Virus record (IMG/VR): IMGVR_UViG_3300025671_012102
Span: 1 to 53,820 of that record
Strand: one strand, 5' to 3'
DNA length: 53,820 bases
DNA from: a virus
Taxonomy: Duplodnaviria > Caudoviricetes
In this document: positions 17,635 through 26,065 of the stretch, one piece after another
Position numbering within the stretch: position 1 is the stretch's first letter
Layout of the letters: every line of letters starts with the position of its first letter
Notes under the pieces: generated by a model
What the model was told of the DNA's origin: nothing
The model's database searches: none
The model's input: only the letters and a program-made list of their open reading frames with translations
Position numbers and translations under genes: made by a program

Positions 17635-18086
17635 AAGCAGCAAAAGCAGATATCACAATAGAAATTAACGGGGAAGACGACCTGCGTACCAAGATGATGC
17701 AGGCTTGGAAATTGGTTTGTAAGGGTATCAAGGCGAATGAAACCAAAGGCCCCGTCGTCCTCAAATTAGGTCGAAAAAAGAGAAATAACGGCCAGAACGC
17801 AAGGTTATGGGCAACGCTTACAGACGTGGCCACACAGTTGGAATGGTATGGCGAGAAGCTAAGCCAAGAAGATTGGAAGCATGTTTTTACCGCGGCACTG
17901 AAAAAGCAGAAAGCGGTACCGGGCATCGATGGCGGCTTTGTTGTTCTCGCAACACACACAAGCACGATGAATAAAACCGAGTTTTCAGAATTACTCGAGT
18001 TAATTTATGCGTTCGGTTCAGAGCGCGGGGTGCGTTGGAGTGATCCAGTGATGAAGTATTACGAAGAGTTGGGGCTAGTCGCGTGA
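17631..18086 (+). CDS. ninB: NinB/Orf recombination protein
   Basis: QNARLWATLTDVA.Q..W.G..L..EDWK, VPGIDGG, TSTMNKTEFSELLELIYAFG. Confidence 0.9.
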   Translation: MKAAKADITIEINGEDDLRTKMMQAWKLVCKGIKANETKGPVVLKLGRKKRNNGQNARLWATLTDVATQLEWYGEKLSQEDWKHVFTAALKKQKAVPGIDGGFVVLATHTSTMNKTEFSELLELIYAFGSERGVRWSDPVMKYYEELGLVA

Positions 18087-18391
18087 AAGTAAGATCGGAC
18101 GCAATACGCAAAAGTGCGCGCGGCCAAGATTGCGCACTAAGAATACCTGGTCATTGTAATTTTGATCCAGAGACGACGGTGTTGGCCCACGTTGGCCGTG
18201 ATCGTGGTATGTCGATGAAATGTGACGACACCATGGCGGTGTATGCATGTTCGGGGTGTCACGATGCGATAGATGGTCGAACTACTCTGCTCGATAAAGG
18301 GACTCAAGCCTTATACATTCTCGATGCACTCGAACGCACGCAAAACCACCTGATTCAATCAGGCCTTATCTCTGTTAAGGGGCAAAAATGA
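18083..18391 (+). CDS. DUF1364 (YbcO-like) putative nuclease
   Basis: IRKSARGQDCALRIPGHCN..PETTVLAH...ACSGCHDAID. Confidence 0.85.
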   Translation: MKVRSDAIRKSARGQDCALRIPGHCNFDPETTVLAHVGRDRGMSMKCDDTMAVYACSGCHDAIDGRTTLLDKGTQALYILDALERTQNHLIQSGLISVKGQK

Positions 18392-18798
18392 AATACGGTC
18401 GTGAAGTGACGTTCACTATCCCTGAAGCATCGATCCTGCTTAATGTGTGGCAGCGGATGCACTGGAATAAGCGTCGCGAATATCACAAAGAGTTATGTTG
18501 GAACGTACGTGCTGCGCTAGAAAGCGAAGGTTACCAGCGCCTAAGTCCCTTTAAAAAATGCAAGATCGAAATAGACCGCTATTCCTCAGTGTTGGGCGAC
18601 TGGGATGGCGTAATGGGAGGACTTAAACCTTTATTTGATACGTTAGTCGTCTGTACCAAAACAAACCCGCTTGGGCTTGGCGTTATCGAAGACGACAACC
18701 CCAAATGCATCATTGAATGCCCAGTTATTAGACAACACAAATCAACACGTAAAGCGGCCTCGACAGTCGTGACAATTACAGAAATATTGGAGGCCTAA
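18388..18798 (+). CDS. RusA-like Holliday junction resolvase
   Basis: DWDG..GGLKPLFD.L and GVIEDDN motifs. Confidence 0.7.
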   Translation: MKYGREVTFTIPEASILLNVWQRMHWNKRREYHKELCWNVRAALESEGYQRLSPFKKCKIEIDRYSSVLGDWDGVMGGLKPLFDTLVVCTKTNPLGLGVIEDDNPKCIIECPVIRQHKSTRKAASTVVTITEILEA

Positions 18799-18799
18799 C

Positions 18800-19699
18800 A
18801 TGCAATATTTATCAGCTCGCCAAATGTGGCACGACGCATTCTACTCGCGTAGTGCAAATGACCAGCTGCTAGAGATCAATCGATCTAATGCAAACTTACT
18901 TAGACGGAAACCGGTAATGAACGAGACACAGACACGTGGACCAGCGGACAATTCCTCTCGTGTGATGCACATGGCAAAAGCAGGGCGCGTACAGTCAGAG
19001 ATAGCGAAGTTACCCGCACATTTACAAGCATTTGGTATGTATTGCTGGGCACCGAAAGAACAGGACACGTTACCAACCTATAAACACCATAACGAGATTG
19101 CCAACGCGCTAGCCCGTGAGATCAAAGAGAAGTTTCCACAGGAATACAGCTATTACACCAGTCGCGTGAGTATCGTAGTTCTGAACGTACTCAAATACGA
19201 GTTTGAGCGCGATAAGGGGCGCAAACCGCAGAACATCGACATTACTCTATCAGGTGCCATGGCGATGTCAAAAGAAAAAGTACAGGCGCAATGGGGACAC
19301 ATCATTAAGCACATTCGCTGCTGTATTCGAGATATGCATTTAGCAACTGATACAGATAAAAATCTATCAATTGGCATTCTGCATTTATTAAAAGAGTGGC
19401 AAACACAGACCGGTGCTGAAGCCACAGAAAAGCATTCAGTTATAGCAAGCCTCGCTTTGAAGTCATTTGCTCACCAAGACCAAGCCTATTTATTCTCGGC
19501 AAGTGAAGAGCGTAAACCAGTGAAGCAATCGAAACCACTTTATACGCAAGAATACCTAAGCTGGCGCGTGGGTGTAGCGCAAGCTAACTGGAGGCGTGAC
19601 GGCTGGCAAGATGCGCTTGACCAGATGACGACTGTATTAAATCAATGGGCAAGAGAATCGTTGGAGACAATTAGTATTCATAAAAAAGCCAGCATTTAG
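18800..19699 (+). CDS. Putative late-gene regulator (Q-like antiterminator)
   Basis: Last gene of the nin region; LSARQMWHDAFY N-terminus resembles Q-position proteins of gammaproteobacterial prophages. Function inferred. Confidence 0.5.
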   Translation: MQYLSARQMWHDAFYSRSANDQLLEINRSNANLLRRKPVMNETQTRGPADNSSRVMHMAKAGRVQSEIAKLPAHLQAFGMYCWAPKEQDTLPTYKHHNEIANALAREIKEKFPQEYSYYTSRVSIVVLNVLKYEFERDKGRKPQNIDITLSGAMAMSKEKVQAQWGHIIKHIRCCIRDMHLATDTDKNLSIGILHLLKEWQTQTGAEATEKHSVIASLALKSFAHQDQAYLFSASEERKPVKQSKPLYTQEYLSWRVGVAQANWRRDGWQDALDQMTTVLNQWARESLETISIHKKASI

Positions 19700-19729
19700 C
19701 TGGCCTAATAGGTGAACAATATCCTTAAC

Positions 19730-19954
19730 TCACTGCGCTGTTATTGATAGTACCTCGATTTGGTAATTTTTCTTGTAAGCCTCTTCATCCGAATCATTTC
19801 TATCCTGTGATGGTATTAGGACGTTATCGGGAATATGCTTCTTTTTTATAGAAAAAAGGATATAGGTTATGTCAGGCTTTCTTGATAACTCTATTATCAT
19901 AGAAAGCTTTTCATCTTTGTATTTATAATCAATTAACCAATTTTTCTTTTCCAT
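19730..19954 (-). CDS. Hypothetical protein (cargo)
   Basis: AT-rich ORF; GGAG SD before MEKKNWL. Confidence 0.55.
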   Translation of the reverse strand: MEKKNWLIDYKYKDEKLSMIIELSRKPDITYILFSIKKKHIPDNVLIPSQDRNDSDEEAYKKNYQIEVLSITAQ

Positions 19955-20058
19955 ACAATACTCCATCTTGATTAGTGCGCACTTTCCGTACGCAGTGCGC
20001 ATCGTGCGCACTGCGTATTTTTATCTGAGTCGTATAATACAGAATAGCGTAATAGACT

Positions 20059-20736
20059 TTATGAAAAAACTTTTTTTAGCAAATCTTCTTCTTTATCTAA
20101 AGCTGCTTCCGGCATTTTTTCAATGTGCCTTTGGCAGTAAGTGTTTAGACTTTCAACATCTTGATATTTTTCAGGGTTAGATAATCTAAAAAGCTCATGT
20201 AAAATTTTTTTAACGCTATCTCTATAAGTTATCAGAGTTCTATCAGGGTTTACATCAATGGAGCATAGGATCACAGCTTCCATGTAAATTTCACTTATAA
20301 TATCGATTACACTTAAAGCAAACCTATTTATTTCTCGTTGATCTTCATCCGATAGATCACTTGATATGAGACATCTATTTCTAGTATATTTTTTCTCCAT
20401 TTTTTCGAAGATAACGCGCCCTTCACTCTTCGATAAAGTTGAGGCTTTCATTGCTGATGTTTTAAGCCCGCATACAATATTTATTTTTCTTTCTGTTGAT
20501 AACTTGTTTTTCCAATCATTGACGTTAAACCAACCAAAGGCCAGCAGGCCAACAGTGCCGAGTCCGGCGAGCATTGAGCCAACCATAGTCCAAAAATCGG
20601 TAGCGTCCTTGTAGCAAAGCGCAAGTGCAATTGTCGCCCCAAGCGCAGCGCCCGTTATTAGGGTTAGTCCTTCGTTAAGGAGGAAGTCAATTATGTGGCT
20701 TAGTACAGATTTTGGAGGTGAAAGCTTCTTTTCCAT
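20059..20736 (-). CDS. Hypothetical membrane protein (cargo)
   Basis: Two N-terminal TM helices; start reassigned to MEKKLSPP. Confidence 0.65.
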   Translation of the reverse strand: MEKKLSPPKSVLSHIIDFLLNEGLTLITGAALGATIALALCYKDATDFWTMVGSMLAGLGTVGLLAFGWFNVNDWKNKLSTERKINIVCGLKTSAMKASTLSKSEGRVIFEKMEKKYTRNRCLISSDLSDEDQREINRFALSVIDIISEIYMEAVILCSIDVNPDRTLITYRDSVKKILHELFRLSNPEKYQDVESLNTYCQRHIEKMPEAALDKEEDLLKKVFS

Positions 20737-20898
20737 TTGGCATTGTTCCGTGTTGGTTCGATTGTTCACGCTTGCACTTCTCATCTTTAGTACAAAGTTA
20801 AGAAGGGGAGGTGTTGCGTAGCGTTTAAATAATATGTACATTTTAATTCTGTTTAGGGAAGTTAACACATACCAATCAATCATAATATGGAGATTTAT

Positions 20899-21339
20899 AT
20901 GTCAGATTCTTTTGTCTTAGAAGCATTGTTTATCCAACAGCGTCTTCAGATATTATCCATGGCCGATTCATTCCCTGATTTTTATGTGTATGCGTGGGAA
21001 GAGGGTATCTACCCTTACTTAGAAGATACAGATGGAACAGTCGTTAGAAAACCTCACGAACCTTATGAGTCTTGCTTCCGCTACGGTAGGTTAATGGTTA
21101 AGTCAGTTACAGAGTTTATAGATGGGAAATGGATCAATAACGAAACTATCACATTTAGAGACCTTGAGCGTCAATTCAAAGGGTATGAGCCACATAAGCT
21201 GCAAAAAGTTTGCAGGTACTTATTTTTAAAGGGGGCGTTTGATGATGAGCTGTGGAATAGTTTTATCACACCTCAGTGCTCTTCGTCCGCTTATGGAATA
21301 AAAGCAGACTACGACTCAAGCTCTATCTATTTTATTTGA
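20899..21339 (+). CDS. Hypothetical protein (cargo)
   Basis: GGAG SD; globular, aromatic-rich ORF. Confidence 0.7.
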   Translation: MSDSFVLEALFIQQRLQILSMADSFPDFYVYAWEEGIYPYLEDTDGTVVRKPHEPYESCFRYGRLMVKSVTEFIDGKWINNETITFRDLERQFKGYEPHKLQKVCRYLFLKGAFDDELWNSFITPQCSSSAYGIKADYDSSSIYFI

Positions 21340-21370
21340 TTTAGACAACTAGATGTTCACGGAGGAACAC

Positions 21371-21529
21371 ATGGAACAACTAAAGCAATTGCTCGACAAC
21401 CTAGAGCTCATTTCATTTCAAGACATTTCAGAGATCCCCGAAGACAAGCAGCATGAGGTGGCCGAGCAGATAGAGCGGCTGCAAGATAACCTAAAGCAAT
21501 TGAGTGAACGTAAGGAATATCATGGATAG
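21371..21529 (+). CDS. Small helical protein (52 aa)
   Basis: Read manually: GGAGGA SD, MEQLKQLLDNLELISFQDISEIPEDKQHEVAEQIERLQDNLKQLSERKEYHG; overlaps the next start. Confidence 0.6.
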   Translation: MEQLKQLLDNLELISFQDISEIPEDKQHEVAEQIERLQDNLKQLSERKEYHG

Positions 21530-21755
21530 AATTTCAGCACTAAATATGTATCGATTAAATCAGCTTGATAGATGTGAAATAACCGAATGTGAAGAAGGTG
21601 TCTTCAATATTAAAATTTTTGGAATAGAAGAAGATGGCGAATTCCTTACAGAAGACGGTGCGATATTGCCAATGCGTATTGCAGAGAAATCCTATGCGAT
21701 GCTTATGGCTAGACGCATAGGATTTAAGCCAGATGAGATTGAATTTATAAAATGA
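21522..21755 (+). CDS. Hypothetical protein
   Basis: AAGGA SD; ATGA overlap with the next gene. Confidence 0.6.
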   Translation: MDRISALNMYRLNQLDRCEITECEEGVFNIKIFGIEEDGEFLTEDGAILPMRIAEKSYAMLMARRIGFKPDEIEFIK

Positions 21756-22387
21756 CTGTAGCTAAAGAGTACTGGAATATACCCAAACCCTCAGAAGACT
21801 TCTTAACGACACAAGGCACAAATCTAACTGTGTTTGTGGATCATGCGGATAACACATTGGTTTGGGGGCTTGGTGCTAGCGATGTGACTGCAATTGCTGG
21901 TGTGTTTATCGCGCTAATAGCGATTTTAATTTCTATTTGGCAGGTTATTGTCTCTAGAAAGCATGACCTGATATCAGTAAGACCAATTCTGAGTTACAGC
22001 ACTTTTATGAATGCTGAAATAGGCAAGTATGTAATAACTATTTGCAATGTCGGCGGTGGACCTGCAATTATAAAAGAGGCTGCTGTGTATTTTAAGTCTA
22101 AGGCCATAGTTATGAATGATGATGACAACACTTATAATGCATTAGAAAAAGCGATTTTTTCAAGTTTTAAGCCAGAACACGATATAAGATTTTCGGTTCC
22201 ACCTCTTGGGAAGGGGGCAGTAATAAGCTCAGGTGAAAAAATATCTATAACAATAGAGGTTGGAAAGCCTGAATTGGTTAAAAGAGATTATTTTTCAAAA
22301 CCTTTGGCGGATGTGTTAGTTGAAATATTCTATACGGGTGTCTATGGAAAAAGCGTTCCGCCTCTTAAACTCTCATTGGGCTATTGA
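21752..22387 (+). CDS. Single-TM hypothetical protein (cargo)
   Basis: TM IAGVFIALIAILISIWQ followed by SVRPIL...ICNVGGGPAII beta-rich domain. Confidence 0.7.
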   Translation: MTVAKEYWNIPKPSEDFLTTQGTNLTVFVDHADNTLVWGLGASDVTAIAGVFIALIAILISIWQVIVSRKHDLISVRPILSYSTFMNAEIGKYVITICNVGGGPAIIKEAAVYFKSKAIVMNDDDNTYNALEKAIFSSFKPEHDIRFSVPPLGKGAVISSGEKISITIEVGKPELVKRDYFSKPLADVLVEIFYTGVYGKSVPPLKLSLGY

Positions 22388-22462
22388 CACCGTGATAATA
22401 AAAAACTAACCTTTTTCCCATAGTCCAAAACTCTGTAAAAACCTCGCTTAGGCGGGGTTTTT
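22384..22462 (+). promoter_or_regulatory. Late promoter (pR'-like) with downstream terminator
   Basis: TTGACA-17 nt-TAACCT, then hairpin AAAACCTCGC-TTAG-GCGGGGTTTT at 22437-22462, upstream of the lysis genes. Confidence 0.65.
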
Positions 22463-22562
22463 GCGTTTTTGGCTCCCAATTTTCGAATCTGACTGGCATA
22501 AGTCAGCTCCATTGCCGCCCACGTTTTTAGCGTGAGGCGGCTTTTTTATTTCTAGGATTTGT

Positions 22563-22910
22563 ATGACAGCTAGTAACGATCTTCTAGTTCAAGAACTTAG
22601 AGAACATCGCAAGGTATCAAGTGCTCAGCACTCTGAATTGCGTACTGCTGTGGTTGATATGGCGAAGTCTGTCTCTGAATTGACCGTGGTTGTTGCTCGA
22701 TCAGAAGAGCGTCATTTGCGACAAGATGACGGATTGAAGCGAATTGGTAAGCAGGTTGATGACCACGAATCACGTTTGCGATTAGTTGAGACTGTTTCAT
22801 TAACTCAGAAAGGTTATATCTCTGGCGGCTGGAAAGTGGTGACTGTCGCAGCGACCATTATTGCTGCTGTTGTTTCATGTGTCATAACTGTGGGGGTTAA
22901 GTATCTATGA
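22563..22910 (+). CDS. Holin-like/lysis-associated membrane protein
   Basis: Coiled coil plus one C-terminal TM helix; directly upstream of the endolysin. Confidence 0.55.
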   Translation: MTASNDLLVQELREHRKVSSAQHSELRTAVVDMAKSVSELTVVVARSEERHLRQDDGLKRIGKQVDDHESRLRLVETVSLTQKGYISGGWKVVTVAATIIAAVVSCVITVGVKYL

Positions 22911-23458
22911 GCCAGCTATCACAGGATTTTAAGAAAGCGTTTGAGCTAGTGATTATCCATGAAGCTGGCTTTGTGAATGATCCACGAGATCCAGGTGGCA
23001 AAACAAAGTTTGGTATCTCTGACCGCAGAGACGGAGAGATTGACGGGCTAGCTGATACAAACGGTGACGGGCTTGGGGATAAAGCCATCGAGTTATTAAC
23101 ACTTGAAGATGCTGGGAATATTTATAAGCGTGAATACTGGGACAAGTGCCGTTGTGACGAGTTGCCTAGTGCCATCGCAACAGCTCTATTTGATACCGCT
23201 GTGAATGTCGGAAACCACCAAGCCAAATTGTTATTGCAGCGAGCCTTGGGCGTAAAAGATGACGGCATCATTGGCCCCATCACAATGAAGAAAGCCCAAC
23301 AAGCAAGCCAACCTTATTTAATCGCACGATTCATGGCAGAGCGCCAAATGTATTACGCAGCACTGAAAAGCTGGAATACATATGGTCTTGGCTGGACTCG
23401 TCGTGTGATTGAAACCGCGCATTACTGTCTGTCACTTATCAATAAGGAGGTGAAATGA
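22907..23458 (+). CDS. Endolysin, glycoside hydrolase 108 with PG-binding domain
   Basis: HEAGFVNDPRDPGGKTKFGI, FDTAVNVG, DDGIIGP.T, GLGWTRR. Confidence 0.92.
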   Translation: MSQLSQDFKKAFELVIIHEAGFVNDPRDPGGKTKFGISDRRDGEIDGLADTNGDGLGDKAIELLTLEDAGNIYKREYWDKCRCDELPSAIATALFDTAVNVGNHQAKLLLQRALGVKDDGIIGPITMKKAQQASQPYLIARFMAERQMYYAALKSWNTYGLGWTRRVIETAHYCLSLINKEVK

Positions 23459-23772
23459 TTAATGCAATTGTAAATGTCATCTTAGGCATGTTCTCAGGGG
23501 CTGGTGTGGCGGGAATTTTCGCCAATCTAGTGAAAGAAGCGCTTTTGGCGCTGGTTATGAAGATCGAATGGAAGGTTGTGATTGAGCGAGCTACAACGCG
23601 AATTGTAGTTGCTGGCTTGCATCGACTGGCTGCGTTATCTACTAACCAGTTATTAACAGAAACGGTGGAAGACTTCGTTAATCAGTTACAAAGCAAGGGC
23701 TTGAAGCAGGCCAACCAAACGTATGAATCGGCAAAGAAATATCGGCCAATTAAAAACACTGAAAGTTCATAA
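23455..23772 (+). CDS. Lysis-cassette membrane protein (holin or outer-membrane lysis candidate)
   Basis: Hydrophobic N-terminus; overlaps the endolysin stop. Confidence 0.5.
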   Translation: MINAIVNVILGMFSGAGVAGIFANLVKEALLALVMKIEWKVVIERATTRIVVAGLHRLAALSTNQLLTETVEDFVNQLQSKGLKQANQTYESAKKYRPIKNTESS

Positions 23773-23842
23773 GTCTGCGCCTCAGTCACTAAGTGATTGG
23801 GGCGTTTTCTTATGGGGTTTAACTAGAAGGTATTAAATACAA

Positions 23843-24418
23843 ATGGCTAAGTACGATCTAGAAGCAATCGAAGCGGATTACCGTGCCGATTTATTGAGTA
23901 ACCGTGCGATTTCTACAAAGCACGGCTGCTCAGAAGCTTCTATTCGTAAGTGGGCCCTGAAATTCGGCTGGCAAAAGGATTTAAGCGGCAAAGTTAAGCA
24001 GGCGACAAAAGCTAAGTTGACTAAAACCGTAGCTGAAACAACACCTAAAGTCATTGAGCGTAAGCAGCGTGAGCCAGATGCGAAGCTGACAGATGAAGAG
24101 ATCGTTGAAGAAGCGAGCAATGCCGCGGTTGATGTGATCACCAGCCACCGTACAAGAACAGCTGAGTATCAGGGCATTGTAAGAATCTACGGCTCTAAGT
24201 TGAGAGAGCAGCTAGACAATGGAAAGCTAAAGGTGCTGGCACCAAATGGCGATCCTATAGAGATTGATATTCCGCTTGAATACATCGGTAAGTGCCTGAA
24301 CTCGGCTACTCAGTCGTTAGAGCGTTTAATTAAGTTAGAGCGCCAAGCCTACAACCTAGACGATCAGCAAGACAGCAGCTACGAGGATGATTTAGAAGCA
24401 TTGTCCGAAGGTTTGTAA
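23843..24418 (+). CDS. terS: Terminase small subunit
   Basis: N-terminal HTH (IEADYRA...SEASIRKWA..GW), LERQAYNLD; precedes terL. Confidence 0.8.
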   Translation: MAKYDLEAIEADYRADLLSNRAISTKHGCSEASIRKWALKFGWQKDLSGKVKQATKAKLTKTVAETTPKVIERKQREPDAKLTDEEIVEEASNAAVDVITSHRTRTAEYQGIVRIYGSKLREQLDNGKLKVLAPNGDPIEIDIPLEYIGKCLNSATQSLERLIKLERQAYNLDDQQDSSYEDDLEALSEGL

Positions 24419-24421
24419 ACC

Positions 24422-26065
24422 ATGGCGATGGATAGGGCGGAAAGACGCAGGCTCATAAAAGAGCTACGCAAAGACTACAAGGTTTTCGCCAAGCGTTGCT
24501 TAAAGATCAAGATCAAAGCGGGTGAGATTGCGCCTTTTGATTTCAATGCCGCACAAGAGCACATTCACAAAGAAATAGAGGACCAGCTTAAACGCATTGG
24601 TAAAGTGCGGAAAGTGTTGCTTAAAGGTAGACAGCAAGGCGGGTCTACTTATGTTGCAGGTCGTTACTATAAGAAAGTAACTGAAACTAAGGGTTTCAGC
24701 GCGTTCATACTTTCTCACGAAGCTAAGACAACAAGCCGCTTGTTCGAAATGATTCAGCGCTACCACAAGCACTGCAATCCTCTTCTTAAACCGCGAGCTG
24801 GCAAAGACTCAGCACAGGGAATGAACTTCCCTAAGCTGGATTCAGGATTTGAGCTAGCCACAGCCGGTAACAAAGAGACAGGGCGTGGTTTTACTTCTCA
24901 GTTATTTCACGGGTCAGAAGTAGCGTTTTGGCCGAATGCCGATGCCATCCTCGCGGGTATTTTGCAAACATTACCCGATGTGCCAGGCAGTGAAGTCGTA
25001 CTTGAATCCACGGCCAACGGTGCTGGCGGGATCTTTTACGAATACGTTCAAGATGCGTTAGCCGGTAACGGTGAATATGAGCTGATCTTTGTTCCTTGGT
25101 ACTGGCAACCAGAGTATAGAGCAGCAGCACCGAAAGACTTTAAGCGCACGGAAGAAGAAGACCATTTAGTTAAGCTTTGCCGAAACCATCCAGATGGACC
25201 TAAGTACAGCCACACACTAACCAACGATCAATTAATGTGGCGTCGCAACAAGGTCTACGAGCTAAAAAGCCGCGACAAATTCAAGCAAGAGTATCCGTGC
25301 TACATCAAAGAAGCCTTCTTGTTCTCAGGTCGTCCAGTATTTGACCCGAATCACACTGAAGCCGCTTTTGCTGACTGCAAGGTTCCGCTTGCTCGATATC
25401 GAGTCACACCCGAAACGGGGCGTATGTCACTCAATGCAGAGGGTGAGTTCACGATTTGGGAGCGAGCCGAAGCAGGCAAGCTTTACGCAATTGGTGCCGA
25501 CGTTGCCGAAGGGCTTGAAACTGGTGATTTCTCAAGCGCTGACATTCTTAACGAGCAAGGTGAGCAAGTCGCGCATTGGCGCGGCCACATCGACCCAGAT
25601 CGTTATGGTGAGCTGCTTTACTATCTCGGTAAGCGCTACAACAACGCTTATTTAGGTGTTGAACGAAACAATCATGGCTTAACCACGCTTACCGCTCTGC
25701 AGAAGAAAGACTATCCGAACCTTCATATTGAAGAAGACGTTCAGCGCCAAGGTGGTGAAAAGAGCATGAAGCGTATCGGCTGGCTAACAACGAGTAAAAC
25801 GAAACCGTTGATTATCGACAACCTGGCGTCTGAGCTACGCGATGGAACAAGCGGAATTCGAAATAAAGACACAGTTGACGAGTGCCAAAGCTACGTTATC
25901 CACGAAAACGGCAGCTATGGCGCACAGTCAGGCAAATACGACGATCGAGTTATGAGCTACGCAATTGGCAAAGAAATGGTTAAGCGTATGCCGAAAATAC
26001 ACATCCCAGATCACATTATTCAAGATGCATTTCATTCATCAGCAGACAGCACAGCAGGTTATTAA
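24422..26065 (+). CDS. terL: Terminase large subunit
   Basis: Walker A LKGRQQGGST, HGSEVAFW, ESTANG, nuclease IGADVAEG...DDRVMS. Confidence 0.95.
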   Translation: MAMDRAERRRLIKELRKDYKVFAKRCLKIKIKAGEIAPFDFNAAQEHIHKEIEDQLKRIGKVRKVLLKGRQQGGSTYVAGRYYKKVTETKGFSAFILSHEAKTTSRLFEMIQRYHKHCNPLLKPRAGKDSAQGMNFPKLDSGFELATAGNKETGRGFTSQLFHGSEVAFWPNADAILAGILQTLPDVPGSEVVLESTANGAGGIFYEYVQDALAGNGEYELIFVPWYWQPEYRAAAPKDFKRTEEEDHLVKLCRNHPDGPKYSHTLTNDQLMWRRNKVYELKSRDKFKQEYPCYIKEAFLFSGRPVFDPNHTEAAFADCKVPLARYRVTPETGRMSLNAEGEFTIWERAEAGKLYAIGADVAEGLETGDFSSADILNEQGEQVAHWRGHIDPDRYGELLYYLGKRYNNAYLGVERNNHGLTTLTALQKKDYPNLHIEEDVQRQGGEKSMKRIGWLTTSKTKPLIIDNLASELRDGTSGIRNKDTVDECQSYVIHENGSYGAQSGKYDDRVMSYAIGKEMVKRMPKIHIPDHIIQDAFHSSADSTAGY

